A stretch of 63,991 bases of DNA, filler included, from Circinaria calcarea (lineage: Eukaryota): NCBI GenBank assembly GCA_051942165.1. It is 4 parts of 4 records of this genome, joined end to end, with 100 filler letters (N's around TTAATTAATTAA, not from the genome) between each part and the next. Parts side by side here need not be neighbours in the genome. Positions count along the whole stretch, not along the records: positions 49,456 to 63,991 come from JAVECS010000421.1; 3 more parts are not named here. One strand, 5' to 3'. This document shows, in pieces, positions 63,024-63,991 of the stretch (position 1 is its first letter; every line of letters starts with the position of its first letter). The position numbers and the translations under genes are program-made. The notes under the pieces were generated by a model. That model did no database searches and was not told where the DNA came from. It saw only the letters and a program-made list of their open reading frames with translations.

Positions 63024-63991
63024 AGGGAAAAGGGACTAGGGAAGGGAGCATGTTTAAGCATATGCAAGACGAGTGGGAAGTAAAAGGTGTTTGATACTCT
63101 GATTTTGATATGCAGTGTTATACAGTGTTATGCAAGCGTATCAGGCTAGAATTTTTTGCATGGCGATTGATGGGCAATCAGCAGAGAGTAAATACCAAAC
63201 CCCCCCTACCTTTTTCTAACATCCAGCGAAATTACCAAACAATAAACCCCTCTTTGTTACTCTGTACTATTTAAGAAGTAATCCATGAAATCACATCGGT
63301 CGATTCTAGGTAAGTACCCAATTCGGGACTTTTAGGAACTAAAATCGCCCCCCCCCCTTCTCTCCTTGCGAAAAAACCAACCCCTTGTCACTCCGTATAT
63401 TAAAGGCCCCCTTTTGCTGGTCGTCGCGGGGAAAAAAAATATCAACCGTTTTAGCTATCAACATTGCCCGTTGTATCGTTTTGCTTACTTGCCCCACAGA
63501 GGGGCGGAGGGAGGGGATCTTTGGGTTTTGGGGGTTTTTGATCATCGAGAAAAAGTAAGGTGGGTTCGGGGGCGCTAACGATAAGGATACGCTCCTTGCT
63601 ATTTAAATCAAACTAATTGTGAATTCTTGCTGTTGCGGGAGTTTGCGGTACCTTTGGATCTAGGTTAATGTATTTTTTGGGTTCCCCCGGGGAGTAATGT
63701 ATTCTTCGACCTATACAAGTAACGGCGCGGATATCTTTGATTAGGTTAGAGACTGGCGATGCTGTATGGGAATTATTTTCAATAAGGGGTCTATTTACTA
63801 GGATAAAAAGCGTTTCAACCTGTGTAATCATTCATGGATCAACCAGGGGTACTTTTGCAATTCGCGGTTTAAATCTTCAATTTCCTCACCCCGACGCTCC
63901 CCTCTCCCGCCTCACCCAGCCTGCCCCATCTAATCCGAATCCAAAACCACAACCTCCGCCTCCGCCTCCCCTTCACTCCAGATCCCAACCC

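Overview
Eukaryotic DNA from a filamentous ascomycete (Pezizomycotina; possibly a lichen-forming Lecanoromycete, which is a weak inference). The window is not contiguous. Three identical artificial 100-bp linkers (44 N + TTAATTAATTAA + 44 N) at 16393-16492, 32883-32982 and 49356-49455 join four size-sorted contigs of about 16.4 kb (the last is 14.5 kb, probably cut by the window). Most genes contain GT-AG introns with CTRAC/CTAAY branch sites. Contig 1: VAC7, an Arg-rich DUF3824-like protein, a GPI-type Ser/Thr protein, an internally deleted Mutator (MULE) transposon with TIRs and a 10-bp TSD, a MeaA/Mep1-type ammonium transporter and a zinc-ribbon protein. Contig 2: a secreted M35-like protein with a broken HEXXH motif, GCN20, a large conserved disordered protein, an AA12 PQQ-dependent dehydrogenase and an F-box protein. 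Contig 3: CDC42, a MirC-type siderophore transporter with three perfect SreA boxes, an MRN1/Nrd1-like RRM protein, CEG1 and a C2H2 protein. Contig 4: RTT103, CLC1, CDC37, MDL1, an F-box fragment abutting a kinase-ankyrin pseudogene, and a conserved single-pass membrane protein. I found no clear multi-gene novel system. The best leads are a 264-nt stop-free in-frame intron (exitron) in VAC7, the secreted pseudo-metallopeptidase, the MULE inside a putative intron of an unannotated transcript, and small spliced orphan ORFs. All gene identities come from motif and family recall, not database searches.
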